A stretch of 64,000 bases of DNA from NCBI GenBank assembly GCA_965228855.1, contig CBDDIJ010000005.1, positions 800,001 to 864,000 on the forward strand. Reading direction: 5' to 3'. Below, one piece after another: positions 10,045 through 20,805 of the stretch (position 1 is its first letter; each line of letters opens with the position of its first letter). This stretch comes from Candidatus Obscuribacterales bacterium (GTDB lineage: Bacteria > Cyanobacteriota > Vampirovibrionia > Obscuribacterales > Obscuribacteraceae). Below the pieces are notes generated by a model. The model was given only the letters and a program-made list of their open reading frames with translations, did no database searches and was not told where the DNA came from. The translations under genes were made by a program, and so were the position numbers.

Positions 10045-11772
10045 CTATTCTCGTCGCTCAAAGTCGTACCAGATTTGAGCACCTCTATCAGAAGGCACGG
10101 TATGCCGGACTCTCGGAAGACCTGCGTTGTCTTCCCTATGTCTTTTTCTTCCAGCGTTCTCAATCCGTTTTTGAGCGTTTTCTCTCAGGTGTTTCAATCT
10201 CGTCGAGACAGCAGCAGCTGGTGAAGCAGGCTGACTTGTGGCAGGCTTCGTCTGAGTAACCGGAGCATGAGTTGACGGCGAAGGCACCGACGGTGCGTCC
10301 GATGACACAGCCGCTTGTGGCGTTTTTACCTGCGACTTACTCACTTGCGGAGCGCTCTCTTGGGGTTTTCTCACAGGTGGCGCACTCACTTGTGTGACGC
10401 GCTCTTGTGGCGTACTCACTTGCCGCGTACCAGACTGTAAGTTGCTCGCATCACCACCCGATGACACACCACCGGTAGTATCAGAGTCCTTCTTCCCAAC
10501 AGATGGTAAAAACGTCCCCTGTCCAACTACGGAGATACCAACCACGACTCCCGCGAAAAGCACAACCATAATTAAGACGAAACCAACTATCATAACGCCC
10601 GGAGTGAGAACGATCCCACGATGCGATTCCATATGACGGCTTCGCACATGCTTATGAGCCTGTTCATCCGTTCTTCTCTCAACAGGCTCTGAGGAAACGC
10701 CGGGCTGTGGAAAAGGAACAGAATCGTACTTTTTCTTGGCCGCATGCATTTTTGCGCGAATGGTTTCAGAAGATGGTGCGGTCGAACCTTGCATCATGGG
10801 CGATGTCCCGAGAATAGCAGTCGACTCCAAGGTGTCGTTTTTTCTATGTCCGACTTGCATGGACTCAAGCATACTCTTCAATTCACCCATGGATTGAAAG
10901 CGCTCGTCAGGCTCCACGGCAAGACAATGACGAACGAGTTCTTCGAGGAAATTGGGAATCTCGCAATCAGGAGCGACTTCCTTGAACCGCGGAATCGGCT
11001 TTGTGCATTTAGCCTCGACGGTCTCGTAGAGTGTGTTTCCCTTAAATGGAACTGTACCAGTCAAACAAAGATACATTAGAACGCCAAATGAATAGATGTC
11101 CGTTCTACCGTCCACAGGATCATCGAGACATTGCTCAGGGCTCATATAAAGCGGACTTCCAATGATCTCGCCGACCCTAGTGAGTTTTTGAGAATCGGAC
11201 AAACGCGCAATTCCAAAGTCGAGAACCTTGACGAAATCCGGCGATGGTTTTTGCGCGAGCATTACATTGTGCGGTTTCAAGTCGCGATGGATAATTCCGG
11301 TGCCGTGCGCAAACCCCATGGCATCAGCTAATTGAATGAAGATTTTCAGCGCTCGTTGTACCTCGAGTCGAGTTTCGCTTTCAAGAACCTCCTTGAGACT
11401 TTGACCGTCGACCAGTTCCATGACTAAAAATGCTTGCGCGTATTCGGTCAAACCAAAATCAAAAGTGGTGACAATGTTGGGATGACTGAGCTTGGCCAGC
11501 GCCTTTGCTTCGCGCTCGAGACGCTTGGTGTTTATCTCATCATGAGCAAGAGTCGGCGGAAGCAGTTTAAGTGCCACGTCGCGATCGACGGTGAGCTGCC
11601 TGGCGCGAAAAACAACGCCCATACCACCACCGCCGAGTACGTCCAAAATTTTGTACTGCCCGAGTTGCGCCCCGAGCATTGGATGCGGCTTCGAACCTTT
11701 CTCATTTGCGTCCGAAAATGTCATATCGTACCGTGTTCGAGATCTGCCGAAGACCGCTGGTGATCCTGCCAC
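10045..11772 (-). CDS. Membrane-anchored Hanks-type Ser/Thr protein kinase
   Basis: LGGGGMGVVF, VALK, HRDLKPHN, DFG, YMSPE; one TM helix followed by a Pro/Ser/Thr-rich tail; start may lie about 16 codons downstream. Confidence 0.9.
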   Translation of the reverse strand: MAGSPAVFGRSRTRYDMTFSDANEKGSKPHPMLGAQLGQYKILDVLGGGGMGVVFRARQLTVDRDVALKLLPPTLAHDEINTKRLEREAKALAKLSHPNIVTTFDFGLTEYAQAFLVMELVDGQSLKEVLESETRLEVQRALKIFIQLADAMGFAHGTGIIHRDLKPHNVMLAQKPSPDFVKVLDFGIARLSDSQKLTRVGEIIGSPLYMSPEQCLDDPVDGRTDIYSFGVLMYLCLTGTVPFKGNTLYETVEAKCTKPIPRFKEVAPDCEIPNFLEELVRHCLAVEPDERFQSMGELKSMLESMQVGHRKNDTLESTAILGTSPMMQGSTAPSSETIRAKMHAAKKKYDSVPFPQPGVSSEPVERRTDEQAHKHVRSRHMESHRGIVLTPGVMIVGFVLIMVVLFAGVVVGISVVGQGTFLPSVGKKDSDTTGGVSSGGDASNLQSGTRQVSTPQERVTQVSAPPVRKPQESAPQVSKSQVKTPQAAVSSDAPSVPSPSTHAPVTQTKPATSQPASPAAAVSTRLKHLRENAQKRIENAGRKRHREDNAGLPRVRHTVPSDRGAQIWYDFERRE

Positions 11773-11837
11773 ATTTTATTGTATATACTTCCTAAGTGCC
11801 CGTCCGAACCCTGTAGTAAACCGCCCAAGAGGTCCAA

Positions 11838-12287
11838 TTGAGCACTGAAACCCCGGAAACAAACGCTGACTGTCCGTTTTGCGAATGGCTGCTCAGGGGC
11901 GGCGCAAAGCCTCCGACTGTGTATGAAGATGAGTATTTAGTCGCAACTCTATGCGACGTTCCGATTACGCCGGGGCATACCCAGATTATCTTCAAGACGC
12001 ACTATCATGAGCTCGCAGCGGTTGATCCGGACGACTCGGCACGTATGGGCTCGCTCATACCGCTGATATCAGGCGCAATCAAAAATGCTCTTGGCGCCGA
12101 GATGGTGTATGTCGCATGCATAGCGGAAGTGGTGCGTCATGTTCACTTTCACCTCGTGCCGCGTTACCCGAGCAGCGTGAAAGGTTTCGATCTCTTAGCC
12201 GGTCCGCGCATCCCACTAGAGCGCGTTGAGGAAACACTTGCCGCCCTTCGCGAGCAGCTTCACACAAAATCGAAGCAATCGATATAA
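11838..12287 (+). CDS. HIT-family hydrolase
   Basis: CPFC, PITPGHT and the HVHFHLVPR histidine triad. Confidence 0.9.
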   Translation: MSTETPETNADCPFCEWLLRGGAKPPTVYEDEYLVATLCDVPITPGHTQIIFKTHYHELAAVDPDDSARMGSLIPLISGAIKNALGAEMVYVACIAEVVRHVHFHLVPRYPSSVKGFDLLAGPRIPLERVEETLAALREQLHTKSKQSI

Positions 12288-12326
12288 TGCGATCAGGCTG
12301 AGTTCAGAAACCTATCATCGCGGCTT

Positions 12327-12659
12327 ATGAAAAGAGAGCTGACAACCTATCGCGCAACCATGGTCAGATATTGGGACGGTTTGGAGCCTGACGAGCAGCG
12401 CCAAATTCGCGTCAGGTTGGCGCAGATAGGCAGCGTCGGTGGGACGATTATTCTCATGAGCTTAACGTATCAGTTTCTTCCCGTATCGGTGCGCGTGCTC
12501 CTCTTTCCTCTATTTTTCGCGATCGCCATATACGCCGGAACCAAAGTCGAATTTCTGCTCGAACTTTCGCAGCGGTTTAAACCATCATTCGTTTCGATCT
12601 GCACGGTACTGATGATTGCGTTTGCGTTCGTTGGAATAATCTGGGGCATTCGGCAGTAG
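12327..12659 (+). CDS. Hypothetical membrane protein
   Basis: 110 aa, three hydrophobic segments, follows the HIT gene. Confidence 0.6.
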   Translation: MKRELTTYRATMVRYWDGLEPDEQRQIRVRLAQIGSVGGTIILMSLTYQFLPVSVRVLLFPLFFAIAIYAGTKVEFLLELSQRFKPSFVSICTVLMIAFAFVGIIWGIRQ

Positions 12660-12718
12660 TCACCAAATGCGGTGCGTGAAATTATGACGCGCGAAGCGGC
12701 GCGCTGGGCCCTGGCTGA

Positions 12719-13216
12719 TTACTTGTCTTTTGTTTCGTCGTCGGCGGCTTGAGCATGGTCATTGTCGGGGGAAGCAGTGCTTGCTGTGTCACCACTGGAC
12801 TCGACATCGTCATCGTTTTCAACATCGACTTCGGGAACTGCTTCCGATTCTTGCACCTTCGACTGACGGGCAGCATTGGTATCGCTCAGGTCGACTGAGC
12901 CGGGAACGCCAGAGGCAGCGGCGGCAGCCTGCTGCTTAGCAAGTGCTTTCGCGCGTTTTTTCTCGACTCGATCGAGTTCCTTTTCGCGTTCCGTAAGTTC
13001 ATGATCCAGCGTTTTCAATTCAACGTAGCGTGCGAGTTGCCACATGATCACGCCGAAGATAAACATGAACGCACCGACCGGCATATTCAGTTTCAGCGGA
13101 AAAAACGCATTTGGCGTCTGAAAATTTACTTCAGGCGAAAAGTACATTCCGTACAGAAACAGCAATGCGCCCAGGATTATGAAAAGTAGACCGAGTGGTT
13201 TTCTTACATCAAGCAT
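12719..13216 (-). CDS. Small two-TM membrane protein with acidic tail, probable accessory partner of the upstream symporter
   Basis: MLDVRKPLGLLF start 3 bp after the symporter stop; two TM helices. Confidence 0.65.
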   Translation of the reverse strand: MLDVRKPLGLLFIILGALLFLYGMYFSPEVNFQTPNAFFPLKLNMPVGAFMFIFGVIMWQLARYVELKTLDHELTEREKELDRVEKKRAKALAKQQAAAAASGVPGSVDLSDTNAARQSKVQESEAVPEVDVENDDDVESSGDTASTASPDNDHAQAADDETKDK

Positions 13217-13219
13217 AGG

Positions 13220-14902
13220 TCACCACAGCCAGATATTGAGGGCGAGAGTGATAATCAAAGCAATAACGGACAGGTGAATTGGATTCAGGTACCACGGCTC
13301 CTGGACTCGCTTCTTCGCGGGTTTCGGAGAGAGTCCCCAGACTAAACCGATTAGATCGCGTTTGCGCTTCGGTTTGGTGAAAAGAGAAACAATTATCGTG
13401 ATCAAGAAACAAGTTGTCCAACCGAAGACCGCGCGCCAGAAGTTGCCGGCCATGACGGTTGGATAGGACAGTGGCTTCTTACAGACTTCGACCAGCGGGG
13501 CTATGAACGAAAGATATGACGGCAGCAAATCCGGCTCGATACGCACAGCTTCGCACATAAAGTAGTGCCCGACTGCAGCGAGAGTCCCCACTACCAAGCC
13601 GATGAACGCGCCAGTCGGCGTCGTGCGAACCCAGAACATGCCGAGTGCAAAAGTTGCGAATAACGGCGCGTTGAAGAACGAGAATATCAGCTGCATATAA
13701 TCCATAATCGTAGGGAAATGCATAACCAGGTATGCAGCGGCGATGCTGACGAGAATGCCGCCGGCCGTGGCAAAGCGACCAACCCACAAGTAGTGAGAAT
13801 CGGATTTCTTCGGAGCAATGTAACTCTGGTAAATGTCATAAGTCCAGACGGTATTAAATGCGGTGACATTTCCGGCCATGCCGGACATAAAACTTGCGAG
13901 TAACGCAGTCAAGCCCAGACCAAGCATTCCGTTGGGATACATCAATCCCATCATTGCCGGTATCGCCATGTCATAAGGGATGCTTTCTCCCAACCCAGGC
14001 AAAATGACAAGTGCAAGTAGACCAGGCACTACGGTAATGATCGGAAAGAAAATTTTGGGAAACGCTGCCACAAGCGGGGTTCGTTGAGCACTGCGAACAT
14101 CCTTAGCGGCAAGAGCGCGCTGAATAACCAGGAAGTCCGTACACCAGTATCCGAAGGAAAGCACGAAGCCCAATCCGGCAACCAGACCCATCCAATCAAC
14201 GCCCATCGGGTTATGCGCGGACGTCGTCTGCATCCACAAATGCGTCATGTTGGTGTCGGTAAGTTGGTCGGCAAGCGCTTGAGGTCCGCCTACGTGCAGC
14301 AGTCCCAGAATGGTGAGCGGTAGTAAACCAACAATAATCAGGAAAAATTGAATGACTTCGTTGTAGATCGACGAAGTCAAACCGCCGAGGAAGACGTAGG
14401 CAAGCACAACTATCGCGGCAATGAAAATCGATAAATTGATGTCCCAACCTAATAAGGCTTGGAAAACCTTTGCCATCGCATACAGATTTATGCCTGACAT
14501 GAGAATTGTCATTATCGCAAAAGACAAAGCGTTGAATGCGCGAGTTGGTTCATTGAAGCGCTTCTTCAAATACTCAGGAACGCTGCGGACTTTCGAACCG
14601 TAGTAAAACGGCATCATGAAAACAGCGAGGAATACCATTGCCGGAATGGCGCCGATCCAATAGAAGTGTGCGGTCATGACACCATGCTGAGCCGCACTGG
14701 CAGCCATTCCCATGACTTCAATCGCGCCTAGATTAGCGGACAAAAACGCGAGCCCAGTTACCCAAGTTGGAATACGATGACCAGCGAGAAAGAAGTCCTC
14801 GCTGGTCACCATCTGCTTCTTGAGCTGGTATCCAATTCCAATAACGAAGGCGAAATAGATGCCAATGACCAGATAATCAATAAACTGGACGTTGTTAATC
14901 AT
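13220..14902 (-). CDS. Sodium:solute symporter (SSS family, sugar-type)
   Basis: EDFFLAG, SANLGA, VPEYLKKRF, YWCTD..VIQRALAAK motifs. Confidence 0.92.
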   Translation of the reverse strand: MINNVQFIDYLVIGIYFAFVIGIGYQLKKQMVTSEDFFLAGHRIPTWVTGLAFLSANLGAIEVMGMAASAAQHGVMTAHFYWIGAIPAMVFLAVFMMPFYYGSKVRSVPEYLKKRFNEPTRAFNALSFAIMTILMSGINLYAMAKVFQALLGWDINLSIFIAAIVVLAYVFLGGLTSSIYNEVIQFFLIIVGLLPLTILGLLHVGGPQALADQLTDTNMTHLWMQTTSAHNPMGVDWMGLVAGLGFVLSFGYWCTDFLVIQRALAAKDVRSAQRTPLVAAFPKIFFPIITVVPGLLALVILPGLGESIPYDMAIPAMMGLMYPNGMLGLGLTALLASFMSGMAGNVTAFNTVWTYDIYQSYIAPKKSDSHYLWVGRFATAGGILVSIAAAYLVMHFPTIMDYMQLIFSFFNAPLFATFALGMFWVRTTPTGAFIGLVVGTLAAVGHYFMCEAVRIEPDLLPSYLSFIAPLVEVCKKPLSYPTVMAGNFWRAVFGWTTCFLITIIVSLFTKPKRKRDLIGLVWGLSPKPAKKRVQEPWYLNPIHLSVIALIITLALNIWLW

Positions 14903-14908
14903 CTAGTC

Positions 14909-15253
14909 TTAGTGTTCCTCACCACCGAAATCGGACGCATTATCGCGTTTGCTACCAAGCAATCTAATGTTGTTGCCCTTGATGAGCGGCTTAACATGCT
15001 TTGTCCCTTGATCGTCGGTCCATTTGTTGAAATCGAGACGACCTTCTACGCCGATAAGACTCCCTTTGCGCACGTACTCGCCCGCAACCTCGGCTTGTCG
15101 GCCCCAGATTTCAATGTCAAACCAATCGGTTTCCTTCTCTTTAGTCGGTCTGTTAACAGCCACGCTGAAGGTGGTTTTAACTCGACCGGACTCGAAATAA
15201 CGCATTTCCGGATCTCTGCCGGCTCTGCCGACGACAACTACTGAATTAACCAT
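14909..15253 (-). CDS. ssb: Single-stranded DNA-binding protein (short, cyanobacterial-like)
   Basis: NSVVVVGRAGRDPEMRY, TDWFDIEIWGRQAE, KGSLIGVEGRL. Confidence 0.95.
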   Translation of the reverse strand: MVNSVVVVGRAGRDPEMRYFESGRVKTTFSVAVNRPTKEKETDWFDIEIWGRQAEVAGEYVRKGSLIGVEGRLDFNKWTDDQGTKHVKPLIKGNNIRLLGSKRDNASDFGGEEH

Positions 15254-15546
15254 TCTTTCTAACCTGCTCCTGAATTAACAGCAAATCATTCGATTGTGAG
15301 GACTGCGTGTACTCCGCTGGTGGGAGTTACGTTTTTCCTTGCGGAACAGTTCAACTTGCGTGAATCTGCGTCCCCAGCGAGCAGTCGGAAGGACTTCAAA
15401 CATTCAGCGATGGACTGCTGAAACTCGCTCTAAAAAGATTACCGGATTGCGACGGACATTGATCATGATTACGAAATTGATAATGCTTAAAGACTGGCAA
15501 TAGTCTAAACATGCCAGAATGTCTCTGTTTTCAACAGTGACTCCTC

Positions 15547-16224
15547 ATGACTACTTTGCCAAAACCAGCCGAATCAGCAACACCTGAAACAGAATCTGCC
15601 CCCCAGCACGTCAAATCGATGCAGCAACCAGCCTGGCACGTCGTGCTCCTCAGCGTCTTTTCCTTGTCGATATATCTGGTCTTTTGGTTCTTCAAAACCA
15701 CTCGAGACCTGAAAAGCCGCGCCATTGAAGGCGAGAGCGGAAGTCCTGCCGAACAAGGTCTGAGTGTTTTCAATAAGATAAACCCTTTCTGGCTCACCGT
15801 GGCGCTACTGGTTCCGACCGCGCTGGGACCGCTACTCATGATTATTCCCATGCCGGCTGTCGCCGCCCGTGCAATCGCGCCTCTAGTGCCAATAGTCACA
15901 TTAGGATTTTTTGCCTTCATATTCCACAGCATCGCGAAACTTGGTAAGGACGGCAGTCTTCTGAAGAACAATCCCACTTTCCCTGCCTTTTGCCTGGCAG
16001 TTGCGATGGCGATGCTATGGACACTGGTGAAACTGCCGAGCTATTTCATGCTCTGCTTCACGCTCGTATCGATCCCTGTGGCTATCGCTCAACACTGGCT
16101 CAATGACTACTGGAAACGGGTCGAACCTGCAGATGCAGCCGTCCGGAGATCTTTCTCGATGGGCGAGATTCTGACGCTGTTGATAGGTTCCATTCCTCTG
16201 ACGCTTATAATGCTCACGCCGTAA
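15547..16224 (+). CDS. Hypothetical polytopic membrane protein
   Basis: 225 aa with about six hydrophobic segments. Confidence 0.65.
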   Translation: MTTLPKPAESATPETESAPQHVKSMQQPAWHVVLLSVFSLSIYLVFWFFKTTRDLKSRAIEGESGSPAEQGLSVFNKINPFWLTVALLVPTALGPLLMIIPMPAVAARAIAPLVPIVTLGFFAFIFHSIAKLGKDGSLLKNNPTFPAFCLAVAMAMLWTLVKLPSYFMLCFTLVSIPVAIAQHWLNDYWKRVEPADAAVRRSFSMGEILTLLIGSIPLTLIMLTP

Positions 16225-16308
16225 TCCCGATGACGTGAAGCACGCTGTCACCGCTTGCCGCTGGTGGCGCTTATCAGCTAGTATCCTTATCCCGGTGCAG
16301 TTTGCTTA

Positions 16309-16941
16309 CTAAAATCCGTGTTTCTTCGCCCATTTGATGAGCTTTTCGATCGAGCTAGCTTGTAGCTCATCCGGTGGTTCGTCGGAGTCTTCTTTGATAA
16401 GCTCGAGCTTTCCGGCAAGATGCATTGCGGTAGCTTCCAGTTCCGATTGGGGAATTCCCATACGCTCTGCGGCTTTCGGCAGTTTCCCTCGCTGCGTAAG
16501 ATGGCGGAGAATTAGCCGTTCGTCAGCACTGAGGCGCGTCAGGTGACGCGGAAGCGACGGCGAAATCACCCCCGTAGAACCTCGCGATACCATCAAGAGC
16601 GCCATTCGAATGAGGGCAGCGGCGTCGGTTTTTAAAACATAACCTGATGCACCACCGTCCAGCAAATCAAGAACGTCTGAGGCAGGCGCTTTACTAGCGA
16701 AAATCACGACCTTGACGTTAGGCAACCCGGACAACTTCCTTAGCAAATCCTCAGTCGTGGTCAGCCCCGGCAAATGCAGGTCGAGAAGAACAAGGTCCGG
16801 CAAAATCTGTTGCGCCACGCGCCATGCTTCATCACTCGTTCCAGCTTCGGCGATCACTTCGATCAAATCGCCTGAACCCAGCTCTTTCACAATCTGTTCG
16901 CGGGTAGGGATATGGTCATCCACGACCATCAAACGAATCAT
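16309..16941 (-). CDS. NarL-like response regulator with degenerate C-terminal HTH
   Basis: MIRLMVVDDH, PDLVLLDLHLP, GASGYVLK; start moved from 17046 to the MIRL methionine. Confidence 0.85.
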   Translation of the reverse strand: MIRLMVVDDHIPTREQIVKELGSGDLIEVIAEAGTSDEAWRVAQQILPDLVLLDLHLPGLTTTEDLLRKLSGLPNVKVVIFASKAPASDVLDLLDGGASGYVLKTDAAALIRMALLMVSRGSTGVISPSLPRHLTRLSADERLILRHLTQRGKLPKAAERMGIPQSELEATAMHLAGKLELIKEDSDEPPDELQASSIEKLIKWAKKHGF

Positions 16942-17109
16942 TTTGCGCTTCCTTTCCCTGTGCTTCCGCGCACGCGCCATGCAGAACCACAGCTCATGAC
17001 ATGTTGCGCCGCTAATCGATGATAGTACTACAGGTGAGCGCCGCATAGAGTAGGCGAAGCACTTTCAAAGATGGCTATAATTGGCCGTGGCGATTGGTTT
17101 AGCTAAAAA

Positions 17110-17691
17110 ATGAGAGAGCCTATGAAAAGCTTAAAACTACTGTTGATAGCAAGTTTGCTGTTGGGAACAGCCGCACTTCCAGCGGTCGCAAAAAAAGAAT
17201 TCACGAAGGGTGACTCGAAAAAGTCTGAGCTTGGCGCAAAGACAGTCAAACTGCCGTGCGGCGTCGAATATTCGGAAGATACACCGGGAACGGGAGCAGC
17301 GGCGCAGTTTGGAAACGTAGCCTGGATCGACTTTGTTGGCTACGTTATGCCTGCCGGCAAACAGTTTGACAGCACCAAGCTCCGCGGAAAGCCGCAGTGT
17401 ATAACGGTTGGCGCGGGCAGTTTGTGCAAAGGCGTAGATGAAGGCATCATCGGGATGAAGGTCGGAGCGAAACGCACCATGCTGGTTCCCGGACCACTCG
17501 GCTTCCCCAAAGGTTCGACGGCATCTCCGCTTCTGACACCTGGCGTTCCGCTTAAATACGAGGTTGAACTGGTTCATATCGGCTATAAACTACCGAAGAA
17601 ACCGGAAGCCCCTGCGGCAACCAGCGCCACTAAAGCCAAGGACGCGAAAACGCCCGGGAAGGACACGAAGGGCTCATCCAAGCCTATATAG
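17110..17691 (+). CDS. Exported FKBP-type peptidyl-prolyl isomerase
   Basis: Signal peptide; GKQFDS, GVDEGIIGMKVGAKR, YEVELV. Confidence 0.85.
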   Translation: MREPMKSLKLLLIASLLLGTAALPAVAKKEFTKGDSKKSELGAKTVKLPCGVEYSEDTPGTGAAAQFGNVAWIDFVGYVMPAGKQFDSTKLRGKPQCITVGAGSLCKGVDEGIIGMKVGAKRTMLVPGPLGFPKGSTASPLLTPGVPLKYEVELVHIGYKLPKKPEAPAATSATKAKDAKTPGKDTKGSSKPI

Positions 17692-17971
17692 ACTGGCACC
17701 ATATTCAGTGGCAAGCGCCGAGTGTGCCGGACGAGAAATCCTCATCAAAACAACAAATTGTCGGATACAGTTGATCGCGAGGCGCTTCTCAACTACATCC
17801 GACAATTTGCAAGCTGTTTATCCTGATAGAACTCAATGTTAGGGCAAAAACCGAATCGCTCATATGTGTAATTCCACAGCAATTCGAAGCGGTTTCGGTT
17901 AATACAAATCGTGCGACCAAATAGATTTCTCGGCTTGAACAGCGAGAATCCCACTCTGCGGCACCACTAAA

Positions 17972-18901
17972 CTACTCAGGCAAGCGACCGGCAGCCATGC
18001 TCAAAGAGCGACCTGGTTTCGGAACAACGCGATGAACGCCTTCCATCACGTTTTCGAAGCTGCCTTCAGGAATTTCTTCGAATTGTCCTTCCTGAATCAT
18101 GTTGAACGCGAGCATTATTGTGCAGTCGAGTTCCGGCATTTCCAGACATGATTTGACGAAATAAACGGGGTTGATGATCAGCGCGCGGTCCTTGGACACA
18201 ATGGCGTATAGATTCCCGGCACCTTCCAGGCAGACCCATTCCCATTTGAACTCTTTCACCAACTGCTGCGCCCAGAGGGCGCCCAGACCCTTCGCGACTT
18301 CCATGATGTCCAGTTCAGAAATGTCGATATCCTCGTCCTGCCAGGAGTCTATGTATGAGTCGACATTCTGAGCAATCTCCTGGGGCGATACAGCCCCTTT
18401 CTTACCGAGCCCGACGACTTGCATACCGAAATCTGCCTGGCGTTTGAAATTCTCAGTTTCAGCCTTGGATAGCGGTCTTTCTTTGAGCACCGCCATCTCT
18501 TCGCTGAAGCATTTGATGCTTAGAATCTTATTCTGCGCGTCAATTTGCGCATCGTTTTCGCCGAGGCGAACATACTCTCTAATCGCCTCGTCATAGAGTT
18601 CAAGAGCTTTTGCGTCATCATCGTAGGCGTATAAATCAGCCAACGCCTCGATAGCGGCAGGCAATTCGATGGTCTCAGGCTTGAGCTCAATCGTTCGCTC
18701 GAACATGTTCTTCGCGTCGTCGTCCTGACCCAGCGCTTGATAGCATACTGCAAGACAGTTAAGACTCTGGCACAATTCCTCATTTGTTTCAGTCGATTCA
18801 GCGGCTTTGACAGCCTTCTTCAAGAAACTGACCGCCCTTTTCAGATCGCCCTCTTCCGCGGCTGCATAGCCCGCATCGTGAAGCTCGCTCCAATTGCTCA
18901 T
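17972..18901 (-). CDS. TPR-repeat protein with acidic C-terminal domain
   Basis: Helical repeats (SLNCLAVCYQALG...A..MFERTIEL). Confidence 0.7.
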   Translation of the reverse strand: MSNWSELHDAGYAAAEEGDLKRAVSFLKKAVKAAESTETNEELCQSLNCLAVCYQALGQDDDAKNMFERTIELKPETIELPAAIEALADLYAYDDDAKALELYDEAIREYVRLGENDAQIDAQNKILSIKCFSEEMAVLKERPLSKAETENFKRQADFGMQVVGLGKKGAVSPQEIAQNVDSYIDSWQDEDIDISELDIMEVAKGLGALWAQQLVKEFKWEWVCLEGAGNLYAIVSKDRALIINPVYFVKSCLEMPELDCTIMLAFNMIQEGQFEEIPEGSFENVMEGVHRVVPKPGRSLSMAAGRLPE

Positions 18902-19153
18902 TTCAATCTCCTGAACCTTCTGGAATTCGACCGGCCGATCCTAGCACATCGACAGTGGCCGGCAATTTATACATCGATAATTGAATCGGTGTCTGTTAAC
19001 GAAGCACCTCGCCAGCGCAACCGCCCGGTTCTTCAATTGTGTATCATTGACACTCGAAAACAAATCAGCGCTCACACTTGTTAAAACATCACTCACAGCA
19101 GACAGAGCGCCCTACCAATAAAAGCGTAATATCACAGGGAAATTCAGATTTCG

Positions 19154-20803
19154 ATGCTGGAAAAGGTACCACTACATCCGATACTATTCGCGCTCTTTCC
19201 AATTCTCACGGCATACACGAGCTTGATTTTTTATGTTCTGCCTGATGAGCTGGTGTTTCCGGTAATTTTGAATCTCAGCGTCTGCGCGCTGCTGTTTGGA
19301 ATATGGTATGCCATCCTTCGGCACGTACGTCGAGCCGCGATTGTCACGAGTGTTTCAGTCCTGTTGATTTTCACGTTCGATGCACTCGCAATTGTCGTGA
19401 ATCGCACACTCAAGTCAATGAATATAGAAGGCAACGACGCGTTCTATGTAATTCCGTATATTTTGATAGCAGCACTTATCATAAGCGTCTTCGTGAAGTC
19501 AAAAAACGAATTCACTCTTCTCACAAAGTTTTTGAACATAATCAGCCTGGTGCTCGTAGTCGGCAACGTCGGTTACGTAATCATGCATGAGGTCGAGATC
19601 CAATCGAAGCTAAAAGAAGTAAGGGAGTGGCAATCAAAGGATCTTTCATCGATAAAACTTGTTGCGCAGAAAGACAATCCGGACATCTATTACATAATTC
19701 TGGACGCATTCGGACGGACGGAAGTTTTAAAAGAAGTCTACAACTACGACAATAGCGAGTTCGTGAAACAGCTGGAGAAGCGCGGTTTCACTGTCGCAAA
19801 GAGTTCTCGGAGCAATTATCAAGTCACGATTCTATCTTTGCCCTCGGCACTAAACATCGAGTATCTTTCTACTGTCGAAAAAATCATGGGGCGCGACTCA
19901 ATCGATAACGTTGTTCTATGTCGGCTGATACAGCGCAATAACGTCACGCAGGCTCTCAAGAAGATAGGTTATCGATTCGAGTCAATGCGCTCTGGTTATG
20001 CTCCCACTGATTACATACCCGATGCCGACGACAACATTGGTTCGCCGTTCGGCAACATTTTCCACCTCGCATTCGCCAGAGGAACGATCATCGGTCCATT
20101 CCAGCGCTATCTGGATTTCATGGGCAACGCGGCGCGAGACACTCGCACATATGCGCTCAATCATCCGGAAGAATTCATCTCGAAACCATCGCCGAAATTT
20201 TCCCTCATCCATATCTTAATTCCGCATCCGCCGTTTTTATTTAACGAAGACGGAAATCCAATCGTCATCGACCAGATCTCGCTTGCCGAGGCATATACGA
20301 AAGGAAAGTATGTCGGACAGGTGAAATTCATTCAAAACAGAATTTTGGCATTCATTGATGCACTACAGAAAGACGGTCGCAAAAAGGTCATCATTATCCA
20401 GGGAGATCACGGACCGGCAATTCAAGAAAAACCAGACGCCCCACCCTCTGATGCCTTCCTGAATGAACGTTTTCGAATCCTGAACGCATATTACCTACCA
20501 GAATCAGATCTAGACAAAGGCTTAGACAAGGCGAACTCAGATCCCTCTACAGCTGGTGCCGATACTGAGACCACCACAACTTCCTCGACACAGTCGCTGA
20601 TTTCACCAGCACCGGCGGACTCACCCAGCGAACGAGGCGACGGTCGCACCGTATACGACACCATCACACCTGTCAACTCATTTAGAGTTGTATTTAACAA
20701 ATACTTCGATGCAAAGCTGCCCTTGCTAGAAGATAAGCTTTACTTCTCGCCGACAGCGACGCCGTTTGCATTTGAAGACATCACGAAGAGGGTTAAGCCC
20801 TGA
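19154..20803 (+). CDS. Membrane-anchored sulfatase-like/alkaline-phosphatase-superfamily protein
   Basis: Five N-terminal TM helices; PDIYYIILDA, PHPPF, IIIQGDHG. Confidence 0.8.
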   Translation: MLEKVPLHPILFALFPILTAYTSLIFYVLPDELVFPVILNLSVCALLFGIWYAILRHVRRAAIVTSVSVLLIFTFDALAIVVNRTLKSMNIEGNDAFYVIPYILIAALIISVFVKSKNEFTLLTKFLNIISLVLVVGNVGYVIMHEVEIQSKLKEVREWQSKDLSSIKLVAQKDNPDIYYIILDAFGRTEVLKEVYNYDNSEFVKQLEKRGFTVAKSSRSNYQVTILSLPSALNIEYLSTVEKIMGRDSIDNVVLCRLIQRNNVTQALKKIGYRFESMRSGYAPTDYIPDADDNIGSPFGNIFHLAFARGTIIGPFQRYLDFMGNAARDTRTYALNHPEEFISKPSPKFSLIHILIPHPPFLFNEDGNPIVIDQISLAEAYTKGKYVGQVKFIQNRILAFIDALQKDGRKKVIIIQGDHGPAIQEKPDAPPSDAFLNERFRILNAYYLPESDLDKGLDKANSDPSTAGADTETTTTSSTQSLISPAPADSPSERGDGRTVYDTITPVNSFRVVFNKYFDAKLPLLEDKLYFSPTATPFAFEDITKRVKP

Positions 20804-20805
20804 TC

